From positions 32,001 through 96,000 of the forward strand of contig CAVWHO010000015.1 of the NCBI GenBank assembly GCA_963754875.1: a stretch of 64,000 bases of DNA, given 5' to 3'. Made by a program: the position numbers and the translations under genes. A model generated the notes under the pieces. It was not told the DNA's origin, did not search any database, and worked only from the letters and a program-made list of their open reading frames with translations. Positions 9,422 to 19,189 of this stretch are shown piece after piece (positions within the stretch are counted from its first letter, which is position 1; each line of letters starts with the position of its first letter). The DNA comes from Nitrospirota bacterium (lineage in GTDB: Bacteria; Nitrospirota; UBA9217).

Positions 9422-10326
9422 ATGCTTCTGCAAAAAGGAACGCTATGGAAATGCATAACCGCTACTACCGAGCGGGCGCTCGCTTCCGGCGCGCTGTTGC
9501 CCGCACCCACGGAATATACCTTTCTGGAAGACAGCGGCATCCGATTTTTCGTCAGGGTTTTGGCGGGCCTGCAGCGCAAGGATGAGGCGCGGAAGAAGCA
9601 GACAGCTGCTTCGCGGGGGAGAAGCAGGCCAATCCCTTTCTTCCACCTGAGAAAGACCTTACGGTTGCGGACATCTCCGACACGCATGTCGCAATCCTGA
9701 ATAAGTTTAACGTTGTTGATCATCATCTCCTGATCGTCACACGACGCTTCGAGGATCAGGAGATGCTGCTGACGGCACATGACTTCGAGGCCGTCTGGAT
9801 CTGTATGGCTGAATTCGACTGTCTGGGGTTCTACAATGGTGGACGCGAGGCAGGAGCAAGCCAGCAACACAAACATCTGCAGATCGTGCCCCTTCCCCTG
9901 GCCCCTGAGGGACCGTCAGTGCCGATCGAACCGCTGTTGGTACGGGCAGAGGGAAAAGATGTTACGACGGTTCCGGGCTTTTCCTTCCTCCACGCCTTTC
10001 AGAGACTGGGCCCAGGACTCGCCAGATCACCGAATCTCGCGGCAAAAACAACATTCGAGTTTTACAGCAATATGCTCAAGAATGTCGGCATGACTCCGCC
10101 TGCCGCAAACGGAGAGATTCGCCAGACCCTGCCCTACTGTTTTCTCATGACCCGCGAGTGGATGCTCCTTGTCCCCCGGTCGAAGGAATTTTTCGAAGAT
10201 ATTTCCCTCAATTCCCTTGCCTTCGCGGGTTCGTTCTTCGTTCGCAGTGAAAAACAGCTCGAACGTTTGAAGTCCTTGGGTCCGCTGAAGGCACTCCGAA
10301 GCGTCGCAATCCCGACAGAACCATAG
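9422..10326 (+). CDS. Ap4A phosphorylase / ATP adenylyltransferase (Apa2-like), one frameshift near 9610-9630
   Basis: ALASGAL N-terminus in one frame; NPFLP, LNKFNVVDHHLLIVT, FYNGG..AGASQQHKHLQ, WMLLVPRS and NSLAFAG in another. Confidence 0.85.
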
Positions 10327-10380
10327 GCCTGATCCGGATTGGTCCACGGGATGCCGACTCGTCTTTCTTTTACAACACTA

Positions 10381-11587
10381 GTGTAGTGTCTCACAAACGA
10401 CTGGTGTTATCAGCCTTTTTCTTGCGAGAGCGAGGTAATGTGCAGCCTGGCTGAATTTTCTCCAATGTTTGTTTGCAGCGTCCAAGTTTCTTAACGATCG
10501 ATTCAACGGTTGCGGTCCATACAAACGGTTTTGGGTCTTTGTTCCAAGCAGCCAAATACTCTTCGATAGCGCTCTTGAGCGCGTCCACGCTGACAAAGAC
10601 TCCGCGACGTATTCGTTTTCCCGTCAGTTCTCCGAACCAACGCTCAACAAGGTTCAACCAGCTTGAACTGGTCGGGACGAAGTGGGAAACAAAACGTGGA
10701 TGCCGTGTTAACCATCTCTGGACTTTGGGGTGCTTATGCGTGCCATAGTTATCCATCACTATGTGCAGCTGCTTTTCGACCGGGAATTCAGCATCCAGTT
10801 GCTTTAAAAACTTGAGAAATTCCTGATGGCGATGCCGAGCATAACATTGACCGATCACTTTACCTTGCGCCAATTCGAGCGCAGCAAAAAGGGTTGTCGT
10901 GCCGTTACGCTTATAGTCATGAGTCATGGTACCGCAACGCCCTTTTTTTAAAGGAAGTCCCGGTTGTGTACGATCTAACGCTTGAATCTGGCTTTTCTCA
11001 TCCACACACAGCACTAATGCTTTTTCTGGAGGATTGAGATAGAGCCCGACGACATCGGTAAGCTTTTCCAAGAACCGTGGATCGCGTGACAACTTAAATC
11101 CCGTGGTTCTGTGCGGCTGAATATGATGACTTTGCCAGATCCTATTGATCGTTGCTTTGCTCACGCCCTGCTGTTCAGCCATCGTTCGGCAACTCCAATG
11201 GGTGGCTCCAGCAGGCTTCGTTTGCAGTGTGGCATTAATTATTTTATTAATTTTGGTTGCCGTTAACTCTGGTTTACGTCCGCGACCTGCCGCAACTTCC
11301 CAAAGGCAGTCCGGACCTTCACTACAGAACCGCTGCCTCCATAATGCAGCCGTTTTATAATTGATTTGCATTTGCTTTGCGATGGCCTTGTCTTGTTGGC
11401 CATTCGCAGCGGCTAGAATAATTCGACACCGTTGAGCAACTTGTTGCGGGGTGCGATGAGCCCGCACCCATTGCTCTAGTTCTTGTCGATCAGACTCAGT
11501 AAGGTTTATGGTTAAAGCGTGTCGTGCCATGAACAGCATCCTATCACAAATCATGACATAACACCAGTTAATTGAGAGACACTACAC
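10381..11587 (-). mobile_element. IS630-family insertion sequence, apparently intact
   Basis: 30-bp terminal inverted repeats at 10381-10410 and 11558-11587 (26/30 identical, starting GTGTAGTGTCTC); TA duplicated at 10379-80 and 11588-89 in a CTAG target. Confidence 0.93.
10391..11530 (-). CDS. IS630 transposase
   Basis: HTH, then VDEKSQIQAL, HDYKRNGTTTL, MDNYGTHK, SSWLNLVERWF (DDE). Confidence 0.96.
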   Translation of the reverse strand: MARHALTINLTESDRQELEQWVRAHRTPQQVAQRCRIILAAANGQQDKAIAKQMQINYKTAALWRQRFCSEGPDCLWEVAAGRGRKPELTATKINKIINATLQTKPAGATHWSCRTMAEQQGVSKATINRIWQSHHIQPHRTTGFKLSRDPRFLEKLTDVVGLYLNPPEKALVLCVDEKSQIQALDRTQPGLPLKKGRCGTMTHDYKRNGTTTLFAALELAQGKVIGQCYARHRHQEFLKFLKQLDAEFPVEKQLHIVMDNYGTHKHPKVQRWLTRHPRFVSHFVPTSSSWLNLVERWFGELTGKRIRRGVFVSVDALKSAIEEYLAAWNKDPKPFVWTATVESIVKKLGRCKQTLEKIQPGCTLPRSRKKKADNTSRL

Positions 11588-11675
11588 TAGTTCATAACCG
11601 GAAAAATGATTGAAGGGTGCGATTGAGGGTGGGGCCACAGGAATGTAACGACAAGGGGAACTGTCGGACGGGTAC

Positions 11676-12527
11676 TTATCTGCCTGCGCCTTTCTTGGAA
11701 ACTGCATCCTCTGCAACTGCTCTCCTCCGCAGCAGGAACAGAGCGATGCCTGCCAGCGAAGTGAGAGCGCTTAATATCTGGCCCATGGTAAATGGTCCTG
11801 CGACGAACCCGAGCTGGGCATCGGGCTGGCGAAAAAACTCCACGATGAACCGGAACAGGCCGTAGAGAACAAGAATAAGGGCGGTCATCATGCCCGGCCT
11901 ATGCTTTTTGTCCTTGGCTATCCAGAGGATGGTGAAGAGCAGCACGCCTTCGAGAAAAAATTCGTAGAGCTGGGAGGGATGGCGCGGCAGCGGCCCGCCG
12001 GCGGGAAAGACCATGGCCCAGGGCACGTCAGTGACCCGGCCCCAGAGCTCGCCGTTAATAAAGTTCCCGAGCCTTCCTGCCGCGAGTCCGATGGGAGCGG
12101 TTACGACAACCAGGTCGGCCACGGTCCAGAAATCGACTTTGTATTTGCGGCAGCACAGATAACCCGCTGCAAGCGTGCCGATCATCCCGCCGTGAAACGA
12201 CATTCCGCCGTGCCAGACAGCAAAAATCTCGAGAGGATTTTTCAAATAACTTGAGAGATCGTAAAACAGCACATATCCGAACCGGGCGCCGAGGATGAGC
12301 CCGAAGACCAGATAGGTGTAAAGCGATTCGAGAAATGCCTCGGGTATCGGCGCTTTCCCTTCTTTCCCCTGGCCTTTGCCCTTCGGGCTTCGGGCCTGCT
12401 TCTTTATCTGATGCCTGACCAGAATAAAGGATGATGCAAAGCCGACGGCGTACATGAGCCCGTACCACCGGACGGCAAAAGGGCCGATACGAAAAATTTC
12501 AGGACTTATATGCGGATAGGGGATCAT
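11676..12527 (-). CDS. lgt: Prolipoprotein diacylglyceryl transferase
   Basis: RWYGLMY, GARFGY, GGMSFHGG, GRLGNFINGELWGR, HPSQLYE, RFIVEFFRQPD. Confidence 0.97.
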   Translation of the reverse strand: MIPYPHISPEIFRIGPFAVRWYGLMYAVGFASSFILVRHQIKKQARSPKGKGQGKEGKAPIPEAFLESLYTYLVFGLILGARFGYVLFYDLSSYLKNPLEIFAVWHGGMSFHGGMIGTLAAGYLCCRKYKVDFWTVADLVVVTAPIGLAAGRLGNFINGELWGRVTDVPWAMVFPAGGPLPRHPSQLYEFFLEGVLLFTILWIAKDKKHRPGMMTALILVLYGLFRFIVEFFRQPDAQLGFVAGPFTMGQILSALTSLAGIALFLLRRRAVAEDAVSKKGAGR

Positions 12528-12580
12528 AGAAAACCGTGCGGAGCAGTTCTATTTTGAAATTGAGAAAAGCAAGCACTCCG

Positions 12581-12763
12581 TCATACTAGGGAAATGGCGT
12601 AATAGGGACAGACGGTCAGTATGCCCGGATGTTCCTCAACGCGGAAACGATCTGCATTGACCACCCATGCCCGGTCGTCACGCATCTCAAAAAAATCCGG
12701 AAATGCCTCTGCGCACCCGCCGCAACCCTGGCAGAGACTATAATCAATATTGGGAATGGCCAT
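12581..12763 (-). CDS. Small monocluster ferredoxin
   Basis: CQGCGGC...CP in about 60 aa. Confidence 0.85.
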   Translation of the reverse strand: MAIPNIDYSLCQGCGGCAEAFPDFFEMRDDRAWVVNADRFRVEEHPGILTVCPYYAISLV

Positions 12764-12862
12764 GCCTATCGAAGTCCGTTCACCCCTACAGCTGTAAATA
12801 GTATACCAGAGCAGGGACCATGAAACAACGAACAAATAACAACAGATGATCCCGCTGCAGAA

Positions 12863-13423
12863 TCACTCGCAAGACCTTTTAATAAGCCTTTTCAGTTTTG
12901 CAAAATCTTTGATGAATTTCGCCTTCCCTTCAGGAAAGCGCATGGCATAGGCCGGATGAAACGTGGTGAAGTATGTCCTCCCGTCTTTCCGGACGATCCT
13001 GCCGTGCTCCCTGGACAGTTCCTGCTTGCTGTTGAGCATCGCAATGCATGCGGTGTTCCCGAGAAGAACGACGATCTTTGGGTCGATGATCTCGATCTGG
13101 TGGAATAAATGTTGACGGCCATGAATAATTGCCGCTTTCGCGGGAATTCCGCGCAGGGGAAGATAATGGACGGGGCTCGTAATGAAGACTTCCTGCTCAC
13201 GCAGCCCGATGCCCGCCATGACCGAGCGCAGAAACTTGCCGGACCTCCCGATGAAAGGCCGCCCGATCTTCGCCTCTTCCTTGCCCGGCGCTTCACCGAC
13301 AAGAACAACAGCCGCAGCCGCACTCCCCTCGCCGGCTACCGCCTTGCCCGTGCCTCCTTTTTTACAGAGAGCGCATCGGTCGATTTCGCGCACGATTTTG
13401 CGGAGCAATCGTTCCTTGTCCAT
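12863..13423 (-). CDS. Uracil-DNA glycosylase, family 4-like
   Basis: GEAPG..E...GRPFIGRSG, IVVLLGNTA, TFHPA. Confidence 0.9.
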   Translation of the reverse strand: MDKERLLRKIVREIDRCALCKKGGTGKAVAGEGSAAAAVVLVGEAPGKEEAKIGRPFIGRSGKFLRSVMAGIGLREQEVFITSPVHYLPLRGIPAKAAIIHGRQHLFHQIEIIDPKIVVLLGNTACIAMLNSKQELSREHGRIVRKDGRTYFTTFHPAYAMRFPEGKAKFIKDFAKLKRLIKRSCE

Positions 13424-13559
13424 CTCTTACCTGCGAATATCGATCATCTGCCGGGAGGGTGATTGCCGCAAACCTGTAGTGTTCGCACGAGGACATACTT
13501 CACCACGAGGCAAGAGGACCGCGCTGATTGCCCGGCGGAAAGACCTCGCATTCGGCGCT

Positions 13560-14150
13560 TTATGCGTACTTTTTCTTTTTCCGCATCATCTGTATCACGC
13601 GTCCGCCGTCTCTCTTCAGCCAGACCAGGCAAACGATGCCCGATAGGACCACGAGTGAACCAAGACCTGCATTGCCTCGATTGAACATCGCTATTGAGCC
13701 GGCGACCATAACGATGAGAAAACCGAGCGGGCTCAGGAGTTTCGACACGATTTCCTTCATCAGGGATATGTTGTTGAAACTTTTCCGTGCCTCGTCAAGA
13801 CGACCGAGCTTTTCATAAACATTCCCCATGCTGAACCATATGAGATTGTTCTCCGGGTCAAGCTCCTTCACTTTATTGAAATACCGGAGCGCCCGTTCAG
13901 GGTCGATTTCCTGGAGCTGCAGAGCCAGCCGCAGCCACAGCAGAGACGTCGAACCTGCTTTCCGGTAATACTCTTCCGCCTTCTCGGTCCTGCCGGTCTC
14001 GTCGAGGATCACTGCTTTGAGGAACAGCGCGCGAGGGAATTCCGGATTGGCCGCAAGCATCTCGTCGGCACCTTTCTCAGCGTTGTCGTAATCTTTCTTT
14101 TCGTAAAGCTCAAGGGTTTTTTCAAGCTTCTTTCTCAAGGATTCCATCAT
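13560..14150 (-). CDS. TPR protein with two C-terminal TM helices
   Basis: TPR patterns (ELDPENNLIWFSMGNVYEKLGR); hydrophobic C-terminal hairpin. Confidence 0.8.
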   Translation of the reverse strand: MMESLRKKLEKTLELYEKKDYDNAEKGADEMLAANPEFPRALFLKAVILDETGRTEKAEEYYRKAGSTSLLWLRLALQLQEIDPERALRYFNKVKELDPENNLIWFSMGNVYEKLGRLDEARKSFNNISLMKEIVSKLLSPLGFLIVMVAGSIAMFNRGNAGLGSLVVLSGIVCLVWLKRDGGRVIQMMRKKKKYA

Positions 14151-14206
14151 TTCACCTCATCGGCGGTTATGTAAGACCAACTCGTCGGCAAAAAAAATTG
14201 CAGTGG

Positions 14207-14755
14207 TCACGACGTTTGGCTCTCCATTCTCTCTTGTTTTTTCGTCAGCTCGGCAGCGAGGTCCTTAACGTAGCGGTCGATGGTCCTCCCGAAATCGACC
14301 GAGAGGTGGGCGAACACCCGCATAAAAGGGTTCTTTATTTCCGCCTGTTCAGCGACGGTGACCCTGGTCACATCGATATTCAACCCGTTGAGATTTATGA
14401 TTCTGCGGCCGTGGAAAACAGCGGACCGGACTATTTCCATTTCATAACACTTGAACGGCGTTTTTTTTCGCGTCTTGAAGGTCGACGGCGCACCGTTTGC
14501 CGGAAATTCTGTCCACACTTCATACTCGGCGGTGCGCTCCAGGATTTCAACTTTTTTCAGGTCCGTCCTCCATCGGGGCTGTTGTTCGACCTCGGTCACG
14601 ATCCGCCAAATTTCCTCCGGTACGGCGTTAAACTCCACGACCCTCTGTGCGGACTTCTTTTTCGGCAGGAACAATCCAACAACAAATACCAGCAAAGCCA
14701 GGAGAACAAGGCCGACATGTATGGCGATAACCGTATTCATGTGGACGATTCCCAT
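14207..14755 (-). CDS. SRPBCC/START-like protein with N-terminal TM helix
   Basis: TM helix then A.PEEIW..VT.....PRWR.DL..VE. Confidence 0.75.
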   Translation of the reverse strand: MGIVHMNTVIAIHVGLVLLALLVFVVGLFLPKKKSAQRVVEFNAVPEEIWRIVTEVEQQPRWRTDLKKVEILERTAEYEVWTEFPANGAPSTFKTRKKTPFKCYEMEIVRSAVFHGRRIINLNGLNIDVTRVTVAEQAEIKNPFMRVFAHLSVDFGRTIDRYVKDLAAELTKKQERMESQTS

Positions 14756-15147
14756 TTTACTCCGCGTTTCGATCGTGATCTGAAGTGTTTAGAATCAGAT
14801 CTAAAACTACTATCCGCACAGCCGCGCTTGCGCCATTGTGCAATGACCGAGATCCGGCAGCGGGTACACAGCAACCGGATAGGTTTGAAAAACCCGGCCC
14901 GAACTGTTCACGGCAGTATTTTCTTCCGGAAACAGTACTATAAACTATTTCAAATAGCAAGAATATTGATACGAGAAGGTCAATAGCTCCACCTCTTATT
15001 TACAGCACTAGATGCATCTTTTTTGACTTTTTTACCCGAGTGCATAAAATGCTCCGGAAGATCAGGCAGACCGCAGCAATTGTGCTATCATTTTGGATAG
15101 AGATAAGAGTGTGGGAAAGGATAACGCATATGCAACAAGTGCGAAGG

Positions 15148-15660
15148 ATGGATGTTTTTTCGCTTTTCGTTGCTCTTCTTTTCTATTCTCTCTTAACGGA
15201 GGCCGCATCTATGAGCACCCTTACCATTTCGAGCCCGGTATTTCAACACAACGGCCGCATTCCGGCAGAATACACGTGTGACGGCGCCGACATTAATCCG
15301 CCTCTTGCCATCGTAAACAGTACACCTGGCGCCAAGTCGTTGGCATTGATTGTCGACGATCCGGACGCACCTAGAGGCACCTGGGTGCACTGGGTCGTCT
15401 GGAACATCAGCCCGGACATCAAGGAGATAACGGAGCACATGGTCCCCTCCGGAGCGTCAGAGGGCATGAACGATTTCAGGAAGCGAAGCTACGGCGGCCC
15501 CTGCCCGCCGTCAGGGACCCACCGGTATTTCTTTAAGCTCTATGCGCTTGATACAACTCTCGCCCTCAGTTCGAGTACGACTAAAGCAGACCTTGAGCGG
15601 GCAATGAAAGGACACATTCTCGGGCAGGCAGAGTTCGTAGGACTATATGCAAGGAAGTAG
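15148..15660 (+). CDS. YbhB/YbcL (PEBP) family protein; start uncertain
   Basis: YTCDGADINPPL, DDPDAP, WVHWVVWNI, YGGPCPP.GTHRYFFKLYALD. Confidence 0.93.
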   Translation: MDVFSLFVALLFYSLLTEAASMSTLTISSPVFQHNGRIPAEYTCDGADINPPLAIVNSTPGAKSLALIVDDPDAPRGTWVHWVVWNISPDIKEITEHMVPSGASEGMNDFRKRSYGGPCPPSGTHRYFFKLYALDTTLALSSSTTKADLERAMKGHILGQAEFVGLYARK

Positions 15661-15670
15661 TAAAGGCTGT

Positions 15671-15934
15671 TCAGAGTTTTCCGCTCATTTTATAGATAAA
15701 TACGAGGATTTCCGCCACGGCTTTGTAGAGCTCCTTCGGAATTTCCTCGTAGAGATCGATTGCGGACAGGACTTCCACGAGGTTGCGGTCCTCATGGATC
15801 GGAACGCCGTTCTTGCGGGCGAGGGAAATAATTTTTTTGGCCACAAGGCCCTTTCCCTTGGCCACGACGGTCGGAGCTGCGTCAGCGCCTCGTTTATAGT
15901 TGAGTGCGGCGGCTTTCTCTCGGGTATCTTTCAT
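15671..15934 (-). CDS. Stand-alone FlhB C-terminal-like (FlhX/YlqH-type) protein
   Basis: AAALNY...APTVVAKG.G..A..II..A....VPI, IP.ELY.AVAEIL.FIY. Confidence 0.9.
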   Translation of the reverse strand: MKDTREKAAALNYKRGADAAPTVVAKGKGLVAKKIISLARKNGVPIHEDRNLVEVLSAIDLYEEIPKELYKAVAEILVFIYKMSGKL

Positions 15935-16022
15935 ATGTCTATGTTACCATCTGTTCTTGCCAGCGGTCATTTGCCGCCACTGTAAGCAGTGCATTTGCAT
16001 TCCCGGTTTTTTCCGCAGGATC

Positions 16023-17111
16023 TCACGCCTGTATGTTCACTCCCGCTGCGGGGTTGCTTTCAAAATTGATCGTCGGATGATGATGAACAACGACGTGCCC
16101 GAGCCTGAGCCCTGCCGAAACGAACTGTCCCTTGAGGACGTCAGTCCCCTCCTGAAGAAGACGGACGAAATCGCTTTTTTCCGCCATGCAGGTGACATGC
16201 ATATACCCGCCCTGGGAAACCAGATTCACGCGCACCTTTCCCGCCCGTTCCAGATCGAGGTTCACTGTGCAGGTGAAGGACCGCTCGCCGACTTTGCCCC
16301 GGTCATACTCCCTCAGAATGACTTCTCCCTCCCGAAGTTCACGCCATACGAGCGGCAGGAAAAATTGCAACGTATCCGTAAGCTTCGACTGCAGTTGATA
16401 GAACTCGATGTTCCGGAGCACAGTATTCAACGCACCGAGCAATTCGTCGGTGTTCAGCCTGCCCCGCATGTGCTCCACGACAGCCGGCTCAAGGAACATG
16501 TCCTTGAGCCGAAGGAGCGAGGCCTTCAGATCGCCGGCGATAATGCGGCCCGCCTCGATGTCGGCCGACGAGCCTTCTGCCTCCATGCCGCTCACAAGGA
16601 TCCTGAGTTTGGCCTCAAAAAAAACGCCGCCGTTCTCGAAAACATCCTGAAGAGTTTTCCCTGACAGGTTTTCAATTTGGAGCAGAAAGCGGCTGATGAT
16701 GTCGGTCTCGGGGAGGCTCTCTTTGAGCGGTTCAGGGAGCGCGGCGAGCAGCCTGACGAGCTTCTCCATGCCCCCCGTTCCGGAATTGAGCCCCTCGAAC
16801 TTATTCAGCGCTGAAAGGATCGTGCTCTTGATGGAATCGGCTTCTTCCGCACCATGACCCGACAACCTGAGGTACACGCTGTTTTCCTGCCGCTCAACCC
16901 GCAGGTTAAGAGTATCCCCTTTTTGAAGCGGAACTTCGCTCTGCACCTCCAGCATGGTGTTCTTGAGTCTGATTGTCGCGCTGCTGTCCGCACGAACATC
17001 GATCACTTCAGCAGTCACGATCTCACCGGCACGCAGCAGCGTTTCCCTCCCGTTCATGAGCAAGGAAAAAACATGGCCGATTTGTGATAGGGGACTTCCC
17101 TGCATACCCAC
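16023..17111 (-). CDS. FliK-like (hook-length control C-terminal domain) protein
   Basis: C-terminal LDLERAGKVRVNL...L...F...GL; GVFFEAKL motif; paired with the FlhX-like gene. Confidence 0.7.
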   Translation of the reverse strand: MGMQGSPLSQIGHVFSLLMNGRETLLRAGEIVTAEVIDVRADSSATIRLKNTMLEVQSEVPLQKGDTLNLRVERQENSVYLRLSGHGAEEADSIKSTILSALNKFEGLNSGTGGMEKLVRLLAALPEPLKESLPETDIISRFLLQIENLSGKTLQDVFENGGVFFEAKLRILVSGMEAEGSSADIEAGRIIAGDLKASLLRLKDMFLEPAVVEHMRGRLNTDELLGALNTVLRNIEFYQLQSKLTDTLQFFLPLVWRELREGEVILREYDRGKVGERSFTCTVNLDLERAGKVRVNLVSQGGYMHVTCMAEKSDFVRLLQEGTDVLKGQFVSAGLRLGHVVVHHHPTINFESNPAAGVNIQA

Positions 17112-17557
17112 TCCGGAGACGCGTTTTCGCGTTTATCGCGCTCGTACCATTATAGCAGAAACCCATGGAACTCTTGCCACTGATGCGGTTTTGTCCAATA
17201 CCTGTCTGCGCAAAATTGCGCAATTTATCACTTTGAGAAGCTGTGTTCTGTATTTTTCATATGCCGGCAACATACATTAATAGCCTTTCCTCTGATTCTT
17301 TTTTTTGCGGCTGATCGGGCACGGAACATCCACGAGATCGGAGAAACTGCCAGGTTGTTCATCGTACTGATTACCTTCATTTCTCTGTTTCGGTTTGATG
17401 GTAATCGGGTGAGGTAGTTTGAAAAAGATGGAAATTCTGTTGCAATTGCCTTCTCTCCGAGGCCTGGGAGAACTGGCCGCTAAAAACACTATCAGAAAGC
17501 GTGTGGTAGGCTTGGGACCTCATTGCTTAATGGAGATAAGTCTAAGACCTTGTACCT

Positions 17558-18763
17558 TTATACTATCTTTGAAAATCCACTGTATTCATCCGCATTAGGG
17601 TCCATTATCTTCCCGTACGTGTCCTTGCCTTTGAATAGAAAATAGACATGTGAAGGATCGATCGTCCCGTTGCCGTAGCCATTTTGCGAGATAGTAAAAG
17701 TTACGGAAGCGCTGTTGCTTTGGGAATCGTAAACCACATTCGTTGGCTGTGCAGGAAGGTCCACTTCTGTAGAAGGCACGGGCAAACCGAAATTATAAGT
17801 ATTGCTGATGAGTGGCCCATATTGCCTTCCAATTTGCCAGTTGGCTACATTCTCAACTGAGTTTTTATCCATTGCTTTGGAGAACGTGAAATTCATTGTA
17901 AAATCTTTTGTAGCGTTCGGAGCTGATAAAGATGAACTCAGGTCAGTCAGCGCCGTTCCCATACCGTCTGTTGTAATAAATCCATTTGTGTTGTAAGCTG
18001 CCAATAATTTCGGACTGGCGACCTTAGTCATGTAGGTCTGAAGGCTCGTGATCTGCTGGGTCGCTTTCAGATTCGTTAATGTTGCCAGCTGTTTCTGCGC
18101 ATTAGCAACATCACCCATATCGGCATAGGCGCTTCCCAGTTCAAGATAACTATTTGCAAACGTTTTATCCATGGTAATCGATTTATTAAGCTGAACAATC
18201 GCGTCTTTATTATCTCCCATTGCCCTTAATACCTGCCCCAGTCCATAGTATCCGGTAGCACTGGTGGGGGCAATCTGGGTGACCTTTATGAATTGGCTCT
18301 TGGCATCACTCAAACGGCCGGAGGTAAGATAAGCCTCCCCGAGCGAATACCGGTTGTCGGCGGAATTGTAATTTAAGCGCACAGCTTTCTCATACTCTGC
18401 TTGTGCATCTTTCAATTGTCCGTTTTTAAAGTATATGTCACCGAGGGCCAGGTGAAAATTGTCCGCCGAGGGGAACACTTTGATAGCAGTTTTGTACGTT
18501 TTTATCGCATCGTCTGTTTTGTTCAGCTGAAGATAGGCCTTGGCCATGTAATCAAATGCCTTGGATGAATTATCAGAAGACAGAGAGAGAGCAGTAGTCT
18601 GTTTGAATTGTTTTACCGCTCCGGCGTAGTCTGTTTTTGTGTAGAGATCAATACCTCTCCCAAGTGCCAGGCCGGCCAAATTATCAATCTGATCCTGAGA
18701 GGCGACATTGCTTGTGAAAAGATAGTCGATTGATGACGCAGGTATGGGATCGCTATAACTCAT
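17558..18763 (-). CDS. TPR protein with C-terminal beta-rich (Ig-like) domain, sigma28-regulated
   Basis: About 6 TPR motifs; C-terminal FTFSKAMDKNSV.N..NW; no Sec signal. Confidence 0.8.
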   Translation of the reverse strand: MSYSDPIPASSIDYLFTSNVASQDQIDNLAGLALGRGIDLYTKTDYAGAVKQFKQTTALSLSSDNSSKAFDYMAKAYLQLNKTDDAIKTYKTAIKVFPSADNFHLALGDIYFKNGQLKDAQAEYEKAVRLNYNSADNRYSLGEAYLTSGRLSDAKSQFIKVTQIAPTSATGYYGLGQVLRAMGDNKDAIVQLNKSITMDKTFANSYLELGSAYADMGDVANAQKQLATLTNLKATQQITSLQTYMTKVASPKLLAAYNTNGFITTDGMGTALTDLSSSLSAPNATKDFTMNFTFSKAMDKNSVENVANWQIGRQYGPLISNTYNFGLPVPSTEVDLPAQPTNVVYDSQSNSASVTFTISQNGYGNGTIDPSHVYFLFKGKDTYGKIMDPNADEYSGFSKIV

Positions 18764-18840
18764 TCAAACCGTTCCTGAGATTCGCATTCTCTAAGGTATT
18801 TAGAGGCTGATAAATTACAAATAACATCTTCCTACCATTT

Positions 18841-18867
18841 TTATCGGCTAAGCAGTCGAAAACTTTA
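18841..18867 (-). promoter_or_regulatory. sigma28 (FliA) promoter of the TPR gene
   Basis: Minus strand TAAAGTTT-N11-GCCGATAA, exact consensus. Confidence 0.88.
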
Positions 18868-18913
18868 ACAGACTGTCAAAATTTTCGCTGTCATTTCATC
18901 ATGTTTATAACCC

Positions 18914-18949
18914 GTCAAATCATTGACATAAATTTTAAATGATGTCAAT
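18914..18949. promoter_or_regulatory. Palindromic putative enhancer-binding-protein sites
   Basis: GTCAA-atca-TTGAC (18914-27) overlapping ATTGACAT-N12-ATGTCAAT (18922-49), about 110-145 bp upstream of a sigma54 motif. Confidence 0.45.
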
Positions 18950-19056
18950 TTAATCATGCCATTATTTAGAGTGCCTCCATGCTATACAATAGAAATTACT
19001 TCTAAAAATCAGCATGTTATACATAATATTTTTATGGTTTATTCATTCTCGCGGCT

Positions 19057-19073
19057 TAGGCAATATATTTGCA
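19057..19073 (+). promoter_or_regulatory. Putative sigma54 promoter of the giant glycosyltransferase gene
   Basis: TAGGCAATATATTTGCA = GG-N10-GC with TTGCA. Confidence 0.5.
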
Positions 19074-19189
19074 AGTTCAAAAGAGAATCTAAAGCATCTT
19101 CAGCACTTAATATCTTCATCTCAGTGCAAGCAGACAACAAGTGATCATAATTCACATAAACCCTATTGCGGCTACAAGGAAGGCATTCA

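Noticed and set aside
9600..9640. Programmed frameshift in the Ap4A phosphorylase gene
   Set aside because: No clear slippery heptamer with a stimulator; similar indels elsewhere point to sequencing error
17206..17489. Palindrome TGCGCAA-aa-TTGCGCA and the 70-aa ORF 17277-17489
   Set aside because: A single short palindrome with no second copy, and an ORF without RBS or motif; not supportable
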